A stretch of 64,000 nt of DNA from Nitrospinales bacterium (lineage in GTDB: Bacteria; Nitrospinota; Nitrospinia; Nitrospinales; VA-1), in assembly GCA_965223795.1 (NCBI GenBank), contig CBDCXL010000002.1, positions 416,001-480,000 of the forward strand, in the 5' to 3' direction. Shown one piece after another: positions 19,302 through 29,062 of this stretch (the first letter of the stretch is position 1; each line of letters starts with the position of its first letter). Under the pieces are notes generated by a model. The model was given only the letters and a program-made list of their open reading frames with translations. It ran no database searches and had not been told where the DNA came from. Both the position numbers and the translations under genes were made by a program.

Positions 19302-19883
19302 TTATTTTCCCTGCAACCTGCGGTAGCGAAAGCAATCGACGGTGTGGTCGTTGACCATGCCGACGGCCTGCATGAAGGCGTAGCAGATGGTGGGGCCGAC
19401 GAAGCGGAAGCCGCGTTTCTTGAGGTCCTTGCTCATGGCTTCGGCTTCCGGCGTCTGGGCGGGGATCGCGGACAGGGACTTGAATTTGTTCTGGACCGGT
19501 TTGCCGCCCACGAACTGCCAGACGTATTTCTCGAACGAGCCAAATTCTTTGCTCACGTCAAGAAAACTCTGCGCGTTTGTGATCGACGCGTCCACCTTGA
19601 GCCGGTTGCGGATGATGCCCGCATCGGCGAGCAGGCGTTTTTTGTCCTTTTCGGTGTACTTCGCGATTTTCTTCGCGTCGAAGCGGTGGTAGGCCTTGCG
19701 GTAGTTTTCTCTTTTTTTGAGCACGGTGGACCAGCTGAGCCCGGCCTGCGCGCCTTCGAGGATGAGAAATTCGAACAGCAGACGGTCGTCGCGCACGGGC
19801 ACGCCCCACTCCTCGTCGTGGTAGGCGATCATCAGCGGGTCCGCGCCCGCCCACTCGCAGCGGGTTTTTGTTTTGGTGTTCAT
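19302..19883 (-). CDS. tag: DNA-3-methyladenine glycosylase I
   Basis: RCEW, YHDEEWG, LEGAQAGLSW, IIRNRLK, FVGPTICYAFMQAVGMVNDH. Confidence 0.97.
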   Translation of the reverse strand: MNTKTKTRCEWAGADPLMIAYHDEEWGVPVRDDRLLFEFLILEGAQAGLSWSTVLKKRENYRKAYHRFDAKKIAKYTEKDKKRLLADAGIIRNRLKVDASITNAQSFLDVSKEFGSFEKYVWQFVGGKPVQNKFKSLSAIPAQTPEAEAMSKDLKKRGFRFVGPTICYAFMQAVGMVNDHTVDCFRYRRLQGK

Positions 19884-19929
19884 GGCTTCAATTCAGAGTG
19901 AATTCTTAGTGCAAACTTATTTTGGAGCG

Positions 19930-20114
19930 CCCCCCTCACCCCGCCCTCAAGCTACCACCGGCATTTAAATAAGCGGGTGGCAGAACAAGTTCTGCATTCA
20001 AGCCACCTTCCGGGGTAATTCGTAATGCGGGTGTCGAGCTTGTCTCGACGCCTCATTAAACTGAATTTAAGGAAGGTCATCAAGCTTTGCTTGACCTCCC
20101 TCCAGGGGAGAGGG
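19930..20114. repeat. REP-B composite palindromic element (expanded copy)
   Basis: cccctcaccccgccct ... ctccctccaggggagaggg ends enclosing repeated caagcYacc modules and hairpins; shorter copies at 42019 and 44157. Confidence 0.85.
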
Positions 20115-20144
20115 AGAAAACACTTCAGACTGAAAGCACTCTAA

Positions 20145-22289
20145 TCACCCATTCTCGAACGGCCGCCAGGTGAGCGCGAGGCCGCCGAACACGTTGAACG
20201 GGGCCGCGGGCTCGAAGAACCGGCCGCCGGCGGCGTTGATGCGGGTGTTGGCATTGTAGCTTTCATCGAGCAGGTTGTTCAAGCCGAGGAACACGCGGTA
20301 CTCCAGCGGCCCCGCCTCCCCTTCCCGGCCGGCGGTCAGGCGGGTCGCGGTGTAGGCGTCGTTTTCGGCGCCGTTGGCGTTGTCGACAAAAAAATCGGCC
20401 ACGTGCTGAAACTCGAAACGGCCGAACCAGCCGGCGCGGGTTTTGCCTTCAAGCCGGCCGGCGAGCCGGTGTTCGGGAATGCCGGGAATGGCCTTGCCCG
20501 AAAAATCACCGCTGCCCGAGACGAATTCGGTGAACTCAAAATCGCTGTAGGTGTAGGACAAAAACAGATCCAAAAAGGCGTTCGGCCGGTAGCGGGCGCT
20601 GGCTTCCACGCCTTTGCGCTCGGAGGTGCCGGCGTTGCGGAAAAAATTGCGGCCGGGCGCGCCGGGCAGCTCGAAGGGGATGATCTCATCGTCGGAGCGG
20701 ATGAAAAACAGCGCGAGATCGAAATCGAACGTGCGCTCGAAGCCCGATCCTTTCAACCCGACTTCGTAGCTCACCGACTGCTGGGCGTTAAGATCGGGAT
20801 TGAATCCCGGCCCGCCGGACGGATTGACGATCAACTCCGTGGTCGTCGGCACTTCGAACACCGTGCCCACATTGGCGTAAAAATCCAGTTTTTCGTTCGC
20901 GTGCACCACCGCGCCGGCGCTGCCGCTCCATTCGGACAGCGTGCGCGAGCCGGACTGGTCGCCGTCGCTCAGGAATTTGTCGTCGAGTTTAAAGTGAACG
21001 CGGTCGTAGCGCAGCCCGAAGGCCAGATCCAGCCGGTCATTGAGGCGCATCTCCTGGCGGGCGTAGGGCCCGACGCTGGTGACGGTTTCGATCTGATCCA
21101 GCGTCAGCGCGCCCTGCACGCTCTGGTTGTTGTTGAAGCGCTGGCGGTTGTCGCGCTGATGCGCCACGTCGACGCCGAACACCAGGCGGGTGCGCCGATC
21201 AAACCATTCGGTGTCGTACACCGACCGCAGTTCCAGCCCCGGCGCGATGCGCTCGAATTCGACGATGCCGCCGCTGACGAAAGGCAGCTTGTTGGAGAAG
21301 ATGCGGTTGCGAACGTGCGCGGTGGCGAACACCTCCCAGCGCGTGGTGAGGGGGGCGCGGTGCCGCAGCGCGATCTGGTTTTCGGTGACCTGCTCGCCCG
21401 CCGAGAACAGCAGGTTGGCCGCCCTCGCCTGCTCCGGGTCGGCCTCGGCCTGCTCTTTTGTCAGCGCTCCCGGGTCCTCCGCCTGCGGGGAATTGAAATG
21501 CGAGATGGTGAGGTGCCAATCGGCTCCCGACGGGGTTTCAAAGCGGAACTTTCCATTCACCAGAGTGTTCTCGGTGGCGCTGTGCTGGCGGTGGCCGGTG
21601 AAACGCAGGTGGGAGGCGAACAGCCGGTGGTTGAGATTTTCGTGCGTGCCGCCCAAAGTGAGCTGGAATTTTTTCAGCCCGAAGGAACCGGCGACAAAAC
21701 GCGGCTGAAGCGCCAGCGGCGAGCTGTCGCCGTCAACCGTGGCGAGATCGAGGACGCCGCCGGAGGCGTTGCCGTAGAGGGAGGCCGCCGGGCCGCGCAG
21801 GACTTCGATGGAGCGCAGGAGTCCCGGATCGAGGGCATCGAGCTGGGTCTGTCCGTCCGGCAGGGTCTGCGACACGCCGTCCACGCGCACTTTCACGCCG
21901 CGCACGCCGAAGGGCGCGCGGGCGCCGAAGCCGCGGATGGAAATCCGGAGATCCTGGGCGAAATTTTCGGGGTTCTGCAGAAACAGGCCCGGCAGCGGCG
22001 TCAGGGCTTCATCGAGGGTGAGGCCAGGCCGTGCGGTCTGGATGTCCTCGACCTTGTGGATGGCGGCGGGAACGTCCCGCGCCCGCTTGCGCGAACGCAC
22101 CGAAGTCACGGTGACGGGAGGCAGCACCTGCACGCCTGCCCCGCCATCGTCCACGGCCTGCTGCGCCGGAGCGGCATCGGCGAAAGCCAGGATCAGCAGG
22201 ATGAGAATGAGAGGCGCCGTTTCCCGGCGGGCGGGAAGGAAAACACGCGAAGGGACAGCGGAAACAATGGGTGACAGTGGTTGCGACAC
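20145..22289 (-). CDS. TonB-dependent receptor (YncD-like)
   Basis: QDLRISIRGFGARAPFGVRGV, IEVLRGPAASLYGNASGG, NNLLDESY, RFFEPA. Confidence 0.93.
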   Translation of the reverse strand: MSQPLSPIVSAVPSRVFLPARRETAPLILILLILAFADAAPAQQAVDDGGAGVQVLPPVTVTSVRSRKRARDVPAAIHKVEDIQTARPGLTLDEALTPLPGLFLQNPENFAQDLRISIRGFGARAPFGVRGVKVRVDGVSQTLPDGQTQLDALDPGLLRSIEVLRGPAASLYGNASGGVLDLATVDGDSSPLALQPRFVAGSFGLKKFQLTLGGTHENLNHRLFASHLRFTGHRQHSATENTLVNGKFRFETPSGADWHLTISHFNSPQAEDPGALTKEQAEADPEQARAANLLFSAGEQVTENQIALRHRAPLTTRWEVFATAHVRNRIFSNKLPFVSGGIVEFERIAPGLELRSVYDTEWFDRRTRLVFGVDVAHQRDNRQRFNNNQSVQGALTLDQIETVTSVGPYARQEMRLNDRLDLAFGLRYDRVHFKLDDKFLSDGDQSGSRTLSEWSGSAGAVVHANEKLDFYANVGTVFEVPTTTELIVNPSGGPGFNPDLNAQQSVSYEVGLKGSGFERTFDFDLALFFIRSDDEIIPFELPGAPGRNFFRNAGTSERKGVEASARYRPNAFLDLFLSYTYSDFEFTEFVSGSGDFSGKAIPGIPEHRLAGRLEGKTRAGWFGRFEFQHVADFFVDNANGAENDAYTATRLTAGREGEAGPLEYRVFLGLNNLLDESYNANTRINAAGGRFFEPAAPFNVFGGLALTWRPFENG

Positions 22290-22338
22290 AAAACGGCCCC
22301 TTCAACGCAAAGAAAGCTTCCAACTCAGCAGGGGCGGC

Positions 22339-22698
22339 TCATGAATTGCCTTCATCCAAAATGTGGAGGATCGACTCCAGGTCCTTCTGGATCTTCTGTT
22401 TCAACTGCAACCGCTTTTCCCGCTCCTGGGTTGGATTCTGCCCGTTGCTTTTGCGGACTTCCCGCAGCTTCTGCTTGGCGCCGGCGATGGTGAACTTTTC
22501 CTGGTACAAAAGCCGCTTGATCTCCAGGATCATCTCCACGTCCTTGCGCTTGTAGAGCCTCTGCCCGGCCCGGTTTTTCTCCGGCTTGAGCGTCTCGAAC
22601 TCTTCCTCCCAATACCTGAGAACGTGCTGCTCCACCTGGGCCACCTGGGCCACTTCGCCGATCTTGAAAAACAACTTGTCGGGAATGACGGGATTCAT
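22339..22698 (-). CDS. MerR-family transcriptional regulator
   Basis: [34 protein letters not shown]; canonical position after ihfA. Confidence 0.93.
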   Translation of the reverse strand: MNPVIPDKLFFKIGEVAQVAQVEQHVLRYWEEEFETLKPEKNRAGQRLYKRKDVEMILEIKRLLYQEKFTIAGAKQKLREVRKSNGQNPTQEREKRLQLKQKIQKDLESILHILDEGNS

Positions 22699-22979
22699 TC
22701 AGACGGTTGATCCGTTGAGATTAAAAGTTGTTTGCTCGGCTTGAAGGACAGCACCCGCCGGGAACGGATGAGTATGGGCTCCCCGGTTTTGGGGTTGCGG
22801 GCGTTGCGGGCTTTTTTTTCCTTCAGGTAGAAACTGGCGAATCCGGCGATGCGGACGTTTTCGCCGCGGGCCAGTTCCGATTTGATCTCATCAAACAGAA
22901 TTTCCACTGCTTCCACGGCCTCCTGGCGGGTGAAACCCACCTTCTGGTAAACGCGCTCCACCAGGTCGGCCTTGACCAC
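22695..22979 (-). CDS. ihfA: Integration host factor subunit alpha
   Basis: [27 protein letters not shown] start after aagggg. Confidence 0.9.
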   Translation of the reverse strand: MVKADLVERVYQKVGFTRQEAVEAVEILFDEIKSELARGENVRIAGFASFYLKEKKARNARNPKTGEPILIRSRRVLSFKPSKQLLISTDQPSE

Positions 22980-23101
22980 GGTACCCCTTTCATCTGTATT
23001 TTTCACATTCAATCCCTTGAACGTCGTTGTCGGAAACGAAGACCCGGCGTCCAATCCATTGGACGCGTTTTCTGAGGCTCCGCTTAATTCTTACAAAACG
23101 G

Positions 23102-25195
23102 TCATTCCTTTTCCTTTTCGTATTCTTTGTTCGCTTCCTCAATGATTTTTTTAGAAAGATGTTCGGGAACGTCGTCGTAATGGTCGAATTCCATGACAAA
23201 CATTCCCCTGCCGCTGGTCATGGAGCGAAGATCCGCCACGTAATTGAGCACTTCCGACATGGGAATGTGGACGCGGATGGTCTGCGTGTCGCCGTCGGCG
23301 TCGATGCCCTGGATCTTTCCCCGCTTGGAGTTGAGGTCGCCCATCACATCCCCCACGTATTCGCCGGGGATGATGACCTCCATATTCATTATCGGCTCCA
23401 GCAGGGTCGGCCTGCAGTCCAGAACACCTTTTTTAAATCCCAGTGAGCCCGCGATTTTAAACGCCATTTCCGAGGAATCGACGTCGTGGTAGGAACCGTC
23501 GTAGAGGGACACTTTCACGTCCACCATCGGGTAATGGGCGATGACGCCCTGGGCCATGGCCTCCTGGATGCCCTTGGAGACGGCGGGGATGTAGGTTTTC
23601 GGGATCGCGCCGCCGACGATCTTGTCCTCGAACTCGAATCCCTTGCCCTTGGGCAGCGGGGAAATCTCCAGCCAGGTGTCGCCGAACTGGCCGCGTCCGC
23701 CGGTCTGCTTTTTGTATTTTCCCTGCACCTTGGTGCGGCCGCGGATGGTTTCCCGGTACGGGACTTTCGGCGGCTTCACATCGACCTCCACGCTGAAACG
23801 CTTTTTCATGCGGTCGATCAGCACTTCCAGATGCACCGGCCCCATGCCGGAAATCAGCAGTTCGTGGGTCTGGGCGTTGCGCTCGACTTTGAGGGTGGGG
23901 TCCTCTTCGGTCAGGCGGCTCAGGGCGTTGCTGATCTTTTCCTCGTCGGCGCGGGTCTTGGGCACGATGGCCTGCGACAGCACGGGCACCGGAAACTGGA
24001 TGGGATCGAACACGATGGGCTTGTTCTGGTCGGCAAAGGTGTCGCCGGTCTCGGTGACTTTCAGTTTCGCCACGGCACCCAGATCGCCCGCCGCGATCTC
24101 CGGCACCGGCACCTGTTTTTTGCCCTGCAGGTGGAAGATCTGGCCGACCCGCTCGCCGGTCTCCTTGGTGGCGTTGTAAACGCTGGCGTCGCCCTTGACG
24201 GTCCCCGAAAACACGCGGAACAGGGTCAGCTTGCCTGCGTACGGGTCCGACAGGGTCTTGAACACCAGGGCGGACACAGGCGCTTTCGGGTCGTTTTCGC
24301 GGCTGGTTTCCGAGCCGTCCTTGGGGGATTTGCCGGTGACGGGCTTGCGTTTGTCCGGGCCCGGCAGGTAATGGGTGATGGCGTTGAGCACAAGGTCGAT
24401 GCCGATGTTGAGCGTCGCCGAGCCGCACAGGACGGGAATCAGCTCGCCGCTCTCGATGCCGTTGCGCAGTCCGGCGTTGAATTCCTCATCGGTCAGCTCG
24501 CCTTTTTCCAGGTAGACTTCGATGAGGGTGTCGTCCACTTCCGCCACCGCTTCGGTCAGTTCGGCGCGGGCGGTTTCCACATCGTCTTTTAAATCATCGG
24601 GGATGGCTCCGGCCTTGCCTTTGCCCTTGCCGCCTTTTTCATAGGCGTAGTATTTGTTCTCGACCAGATCCACGATGCCGGCAAAGGACTCCCCCGCTCC
24701 CACGGGCATCTGCAGAAACACGGGATTCTTGCTGAACTTTTTCTTGATCGCTTCGAGGATCGAGGCCGGGTTGGCGCGTTCGTGGTCCATTTTGTTGATG
24801 AAGACCACACGGGCGAGGTGCTGCTCGTCGGCCCACTGCCAGGCTTTTTCCGTGTAAAACTGCATGCCCTCGTCGGCGCCGATCACCACCACGGCTTCGT
24901 CGATCACCCGGATGCAGGCGGGCGTGTCGGCGATGAAGTTGTTGTCGCCGGGCGTGTCCAGGATGTTCACCTTGTGCTTGTCCCAGTCGCAGAAAGCGAG
25001 CGAAGCGTTGATCGTGTGGCCGCGCTTCATTTCGTCGGCGTCGTAGTCCATGATGGAAGAGTTGTCCCCCACCACGCCCAGACGGTCGGAAACCCCGGCC
25101 GTGTACAGCATGGCCTCCGCGACGGACGTCTTTCCCGAAGCTCCGTGCCCGACGAGTCCCACATTTCTGATGTCCTGAAGATTGTATTGTTTCAT
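23102..25195 (-). CDS. fusA: Elongation factor G paralog (EF-G II-like)
   Basis: GHGASGKTS, NKMD, GMGPVHLE, KQTGGRGQFG, GSYHDVDSSEMAF; not in the str operon. Confidence 0.9.
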   Translation of the reverse strand: MKQYNLQDIRNVGLVGHGASGKTSVAEAMLYTAGVSDRLGVVGDNSSIMDYDADEMKRGHTINASLAFCDWDKHKVNILDTPGDNNFIADTPACIRVIDEAVVVIGADEGMQFYTEKAWQWADEQHLARVVFINKMDHERANPASILEAIKKKFSKNPVFLQMPVGAGESFAGIVDLVENKYYAYEKGGKGKGKAGAIPDDLKDDVETARAELTEAVAEVDDTLIEVYLEKGELTDEEFNAGLRNGIESGELIPVLCGSATLNIGIDLVLNAITHYLPGPDKRKPVTGKSPKDGSETSRENDPKAPVSALVFKTLSDPYAGKLTLFRVFSGTVKGDASVYNATKETGERVGQIFHLQGKKQVPVPEIAAGDLGAVAKLKVTETGDTFADQNKPIVFDPIQFPVPVLSQAIVPKTRADEEKISNALSRLTEEDPTLKVERNAQTHELLISGMGPVHLEVLIDRMKKRFSVEVDVKPPKVPYRETIRGRTKVQGKYKKQTGGRGQFGDTWLEISPLPKGKGFEFEDKIVGGAIPKTYIPAVSKGIQEAMAQGVIAHYPMVDVKVSLYDGSYHDVDSSEMAFKIAGSLGFKKGVLDCRPTLLEPIMNMEVIIPGEYVGDVMGDLNSKRGKIQGIDADGDTQTIRVHIPMSEVLNYVADLRSMTSGRGMFVMEFDHYDDVPEHLSKKIIEEANKEYEKEKE

Positions 25196-25341
25196 CTCGA
25201 ACCTCTGGGAAATTTGAAAAGGACCTCTAACAATTCAATATTTCTCGGACAGGCAACTCGCGGCCCCTTATTTCATAAGGGACGCTCGTAGCCCGACGCA
25301 CATTTTAGAGGCACCCTTGAAATCCTACGGTACCGGCCGGT

Positions 25342-27723
25342 TCAGGACAACCGGTCCGCCAGCTTTTTCATCTTCTGATAGACCGTACCCTCAAATGAAG
25401 GAAACATCTTATATATCCGCTTCATCCCCGCCGCATTCATGCGGATGGTGTACACATCGTCGGTGACAGCCCGTGCGGTGACCGGCAGCAGGCTGCCCGC
25501 TTCCCCCATGACGTCCCCCTGGGAGAGGACCGCCTCCCGGGAATCCTTCTGGCGCACTTCCACTTCGCCCGAAAGGATGATGTGGGTCTCTTTCGTCCCT
25601 GCGTCTTCGGAAAGAATGCGGTCGTCCCTGCTCCAGCGCATGATTCTGCCGAAAGCGAGGGAGGCGATGAGGCTCGGGGGCATCACGTCGCAGAAGTAAT
25701 TTCTTATTTTGTAAAAATTGTCCTGAATTTGCGGAAGATTATACACCTTATACAACCGACTGGGGATTTGAAGCAAGGTCAAAGGTGATTTTGCCTTGAT
25801 GGTGGCCCGCCGCCTGGGGTCGCGGGTGTTGACGGCGAGTTCTCCGAAAAACTCGCCCTTTTCATAAAACGCGTAGGGCCGGCCGTCGATGATGATCTCG
25901 GCGAATCCTTCCAGGATGACGAAAAAATCGTCGCCGACGTCCCCCTGGGAGAACACGATTTCATCGGCCTGGTAATTGACCATTTCGGACTGGTTTATGA
26001 CATTCAGCACCTCTTCATCTTTAAGCCCTTTAAATAGATGGACTTGCTTAACGACCGCGGCTTCTGCGCCCGGCTTTGCAGCCCCGCCGGGTATCAACGT
26101 CAGGGTCTCGCCCTCGGAGGCGTAGCGGTAACGGGGATGGTCTTCGGGATCGTAATGCTGGTGCACCAGGATGAGATTCTCCACCACGGCGTCGTCCAGG
26201 TGATCCAGTGATTTGAGCTTGGTGTGGATGGAACCGCCGCCGACGTCGTGGATGATGCAGTCGGCATCCCAGACAAAGCCCAGAATGGCGTCTCTGCGTT
26301 TTTCGGTGAAATAACCCTGTTCATGCCACTGGTTGACCATTTCCACGTCGTATTTGGTGTCGCCGGAATGGCTGATGCGGGTCTCCTTGCCTGAGGGGTC
26401 GACGTAGGTCAGCTGAAACCGGCCCGCGGGGATGGAATGCAGGGAATAATCGAACGTGAACCAGGTGTTTTCGAAACCGGGGAGGCGGGTCTTTTTCCCG
26501 GGCTCGACTTCGTAAAAGTCGATGAATTTTTCCAGCAGTTCGAACGGGAAACAGGTGACCGCCACCATCTTGCGCAGGAAACTCTCGAAGATGATGCGGG
26601 TGGAGATGATCTTCGCCCGCTGGCCGGTGAGCAGGATTTCGGCGATCCCGGTGTCGTGGTCGGAGTGGACGTGGCTCAGGAAGATGTAGTGGATGTCGTT
26701 TTCGGAGATCCCGTGGTGCAGCGCCAGCCTCAGGCTGTCGTGCAGCGAGTCCACCATGATACCCTTGCCTTCCGACCAGGCGATGAGGCAGCTGTTGCGC
26801 CTTTTTGGGGTGAAGCCGGAGCCGACGCCGAGAAAGGTGACGCCCATGAACGGTTTCTCGATCAATTGAAATTCGGGCAGCGGCTTGGGCGGGTCGAGAT
26901 GGCTGATGTCCACACGGGCGACGGTTTCCTTTTTGTACTCAATGTCGAACGCCGAAGGCCGCACCTGCACGATTTTCATCTTCTGCCGCCTGTTGTCTCC
27001 GGCAACCACAACGGCGTTGCCGCGGTCGAACTCGATGAAGTCGATCAGGTTGTCGAGAAATTTTTCCCGGTCCTTGTACTCGGCGAGAGAAAACAGCTCC
27101 ATCTCCATTTTCAACTGCGCGCAGAGCAGGTAATTGGCGGCCAGCTCTTTTTCAAAGCGGGGGAGTTTTCTGTTTTTGAGCCAGCGGTGCTTTTTGAGCA
27201 CCTCATTCAGATGCGCGGCGACGGCCTGCTCCAGGTTTTTGTCACCGGTCCGGCTCTTCAGGTTTTTCTTGTAAAGGTTGAAGAGCTTGCGGTCCGTGGC
27301 GACGGCGTTGAGCAAGGCGTCCATCCGCTCCCGGTCTTTGGGATTGAGCTTCCGCTTTTCCAGGTAACGGTGAAACTGCGGTCTAAGAAGCTCGATGAAG
27401 CGGGGGCCGAACAGGGTTTCGTACAGAATGGACTGAAAACGCTTTTTCTGGTCGCGCGTGCAGTAGATGGAAATGCGCTCTTTCTCTGCATTTTCAAACA
27501 GGAAGCTGTAGATGATGAATTCGAAATCGAAATTGTTGCGGCCGCGGATGAAGGTGCGGATGGGAATGACGTAATGCTTGGGCAGCGGTTCGCCGCGCGC
27601 AGCGAAATCCTTGACCATGCCCGGCGGACAGCCGAACACGATGCGGTCGAACCCCTCGGCTTGCAACACCCGGTAGTTGTGTCCTTTGAATACGGCGAAT
27701 GCGTTCGCGGCGGGCTGCTCCAT
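25342..27723 (-). CDS. MBL-fold hydrolase with C-terminal cyclic nucleotide-binding domains
   Basis: SHVHSDHD, SLHSIP, HSGDT; cNMP-binding cassette FFGELA...RRATI; second degenerate cNMP-binding domain. Confidence 0.85.
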   Translation of the reverse strand: MEQPAANAFAVFKGHNYRVLQAEGFDRIVFGCPPGMVKDFAARGEPLPKHYVIPIRTFIRGRNNFDFEFIIYSFLFENAEKERISIYCTRDQKKRFQSILYETLFGPRFIELLRPQFHRYLEKRKLNPKDRERMDALLNAVATDRKLFNLYKKNLKSRTGDKNLEQAVAAHLNEVLKKHRWLKNRKLPRFEKELAANYLLCAQLKMEMELFSLAEYKDREKFLDNLIDFIEFDRGNAVVVAGDNRRQKMKIVQVRPSAFDIEYKKETVARVDISHLDPPKPLPEFQLIEKPFMGVTFLGVGSGFTPKRRNSCLIAWSEGKGIMVDSLHDSLRLALHHGISENDIHYIFLSHVHSDHDTGIAEILLTGQRAKIISTRIIFESFLRKMVAVTCFPFELLEKFIDFYEVEPGKKTRLPGFENTWFTFDYSLHSIPAGRFQLTYVDPSGKETRISHSGDTKYDVEMVNQWHEQGYFTEKRRDAILGFVWDADCIIHDVGGGSIHTKLKSLDHLDDAVVENLILVHQHYDPEDHPRYRYASEGETLTLIPGGAAKPGAEAAVVKQVHLFKGLKDEEVLNVINQSEMVNYQADEIVFSQGDVGDDFFVILEGFAEIIIDGRPYAFYEKGEFFGELAVNTRDPRRRATIKAKSPLTLLQIPSRLYKVYNLPQIQDNFYKIRNYFCDVMPPSLIASLAFGRIMRWSRDDRILSEDAGTKETHIILSGEVEVRQKDSREAVLSQGDVMGEAGSLLPVTARAVTDDVYTIRMNAAGMKRIYKMFPSFEGTVYQKMKKLADRLS

Positions 27724-27724
27724 C

Positions 27725-29047
27725 TCACTCCCCCTCTTTCCGGGCTGTGAACAGAAGCCGGAGGGGGGTTCCGGAAAATCCAAAATCCTTTCTAAGACTG
27801 TTGGCGAGGTAGCGCCGGTAGGAAAAATGCACGCCTTTCGGGTAGTTGACAAAGCAGCGGAAGGTGGGCGGACGGCTTTTGACCTGGGTGGTGTAAAACA
27901 GTTTCAAAAACTTTCCGCGGTAACTGCTCATGGGATTCTTCCTGATAGCGCGCTCGAAACAATCGTTCAGCCTGCCGGTGGAAATGCTGCGAGAATATTC
28001 CTTGTAGGCTTTTTCGACAGCCGGGAGCAGTTTTTCCAGGCCGCGGCCGGTCTTCGCCGAAACGGAAAGAACGGGAGCGAATTCGAGAAATTTCAGTTTG
28101 TCCCGCACTCTCGCGACAAACTCAGGGTACGCCTTTTTGGGCTCGTCCAGAAGATCCCATTTATTCGCGGCGAGCACGCAGCCGCGGCCGCGGTCGAAAG
28201 CGTATCCGGCGATGGTGGCGTCCTGATCGGTGATGCCTTCGGTGGCGTCCAGCACGAGCACGACGATGTCGCACCGGTCCATCGCCCTGAGCGCCATGAT
28301 CACGCTGAATTTTTCCAGCAGCTGCCGGGTCTTGCCTTTTTTGCGGATGCCGGCGGTGTCGATGAGCAAAAACTCTTTGCCGCCCCACGTCAGTTTGGAA
28401 TCGACCGCGTCGCGGGTGGTGCCTGGCCTGGGGGACACGATGCAGCGGTCCGAATTGAGGAGCCGGTTGACGATGGACGATTTGCCGGCGTTGGGCTTGC
28501 CGACGATCGCCACGCGGACGGCATCGCCGGATTCCGGTTCCTCGACCGCCTCGGGCATTGCCTCCGCCAGAGCTTCCATCAGCTCCAGCACGCCGTGCCC
28601 GTGTTCCGCCGAAATGGGGAACACCTTGTCCGAACCCATCTGGTAGAAATCGTACAGGTCCTCATCGCGGACCGGGTCGTCCACCTTGTTCACCGCCACG
28701 AACAGGGGCTTTCCGGATTTTCGCACCTGCTGGATCACCTCCCGGTCCTGCGGGGTGCAGCCGGTTTTCGAATCCACCACGAACACGATGCAGTCGGCTT
28801 CCTCCTGCGCGATGCAGGCCTGTTCCTTGACCTGGTTTTCCAGATCGCCGGCGGCGTCGAAGTCGATGCCGCCGGTGTCGACCACGATGACCGGGCGGCC
28901 GCTCCATTCGGTGCGCTCGTAGAGGCGGTCGCGGGTGACGCCGGGCGTGCCGTTGACGATGGCCGACCGGTTCTGTGTCAGTTTGTTGAACAGCGTGGAT
29001 TTACCGACATTGGCTCTGCCGATGATGACGACGACCGGAACCGCCAT
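27725..29047 (-). CDS. der: Ribosome biogenesis GTPase Der
   Basis: Tandem G domains GRANVGKST / GKPNAGKSS, DTGG/DTAG, NKVD/NKWD, FGFSGTP. Confidence 0.97.
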   Translation of the reverse strand: MAVPVVVIIGRANVGKSTLFNKLTQNRSAIVNGTPGVTRDRLYERTEWSGRPVIVVDTGGIDFDAAGDLENQVKEQACIAQEEADCIVFVVDSKTGCTPQDREVIQQVRKSGKPLFVAVNKVDDPVRDEDLYDFYQMGSDKVFPISAEHGHGVLELMEALAEAMPEAVEEPESGDAVRVAIVGKPNAGKSSIVNRLLNSDRCIVSPRPGTTRDAVDSKLTWGGKEFLLIDTAGIRKKGKTRQLLEKFSVIMALRAMDRCDIVVLVLDATEGITDQDATIAGYAFDRGRGCVLAANKWDLLDEPKKAYPEFVARVRDKLKFLEFAPVLSVSAKTGRGLEKLLPAVEKAYKEYSRSISTGRLNDCFERAIRKNPMSSYRGKFLKLFYTTQVKSRPPTFRCFVNYPKGVHFSYRRYLANSLRKDFGFSGTPLRLLFTARKEGE

Positions 29048-29062
29048 TGTGTGCGTACCTCA

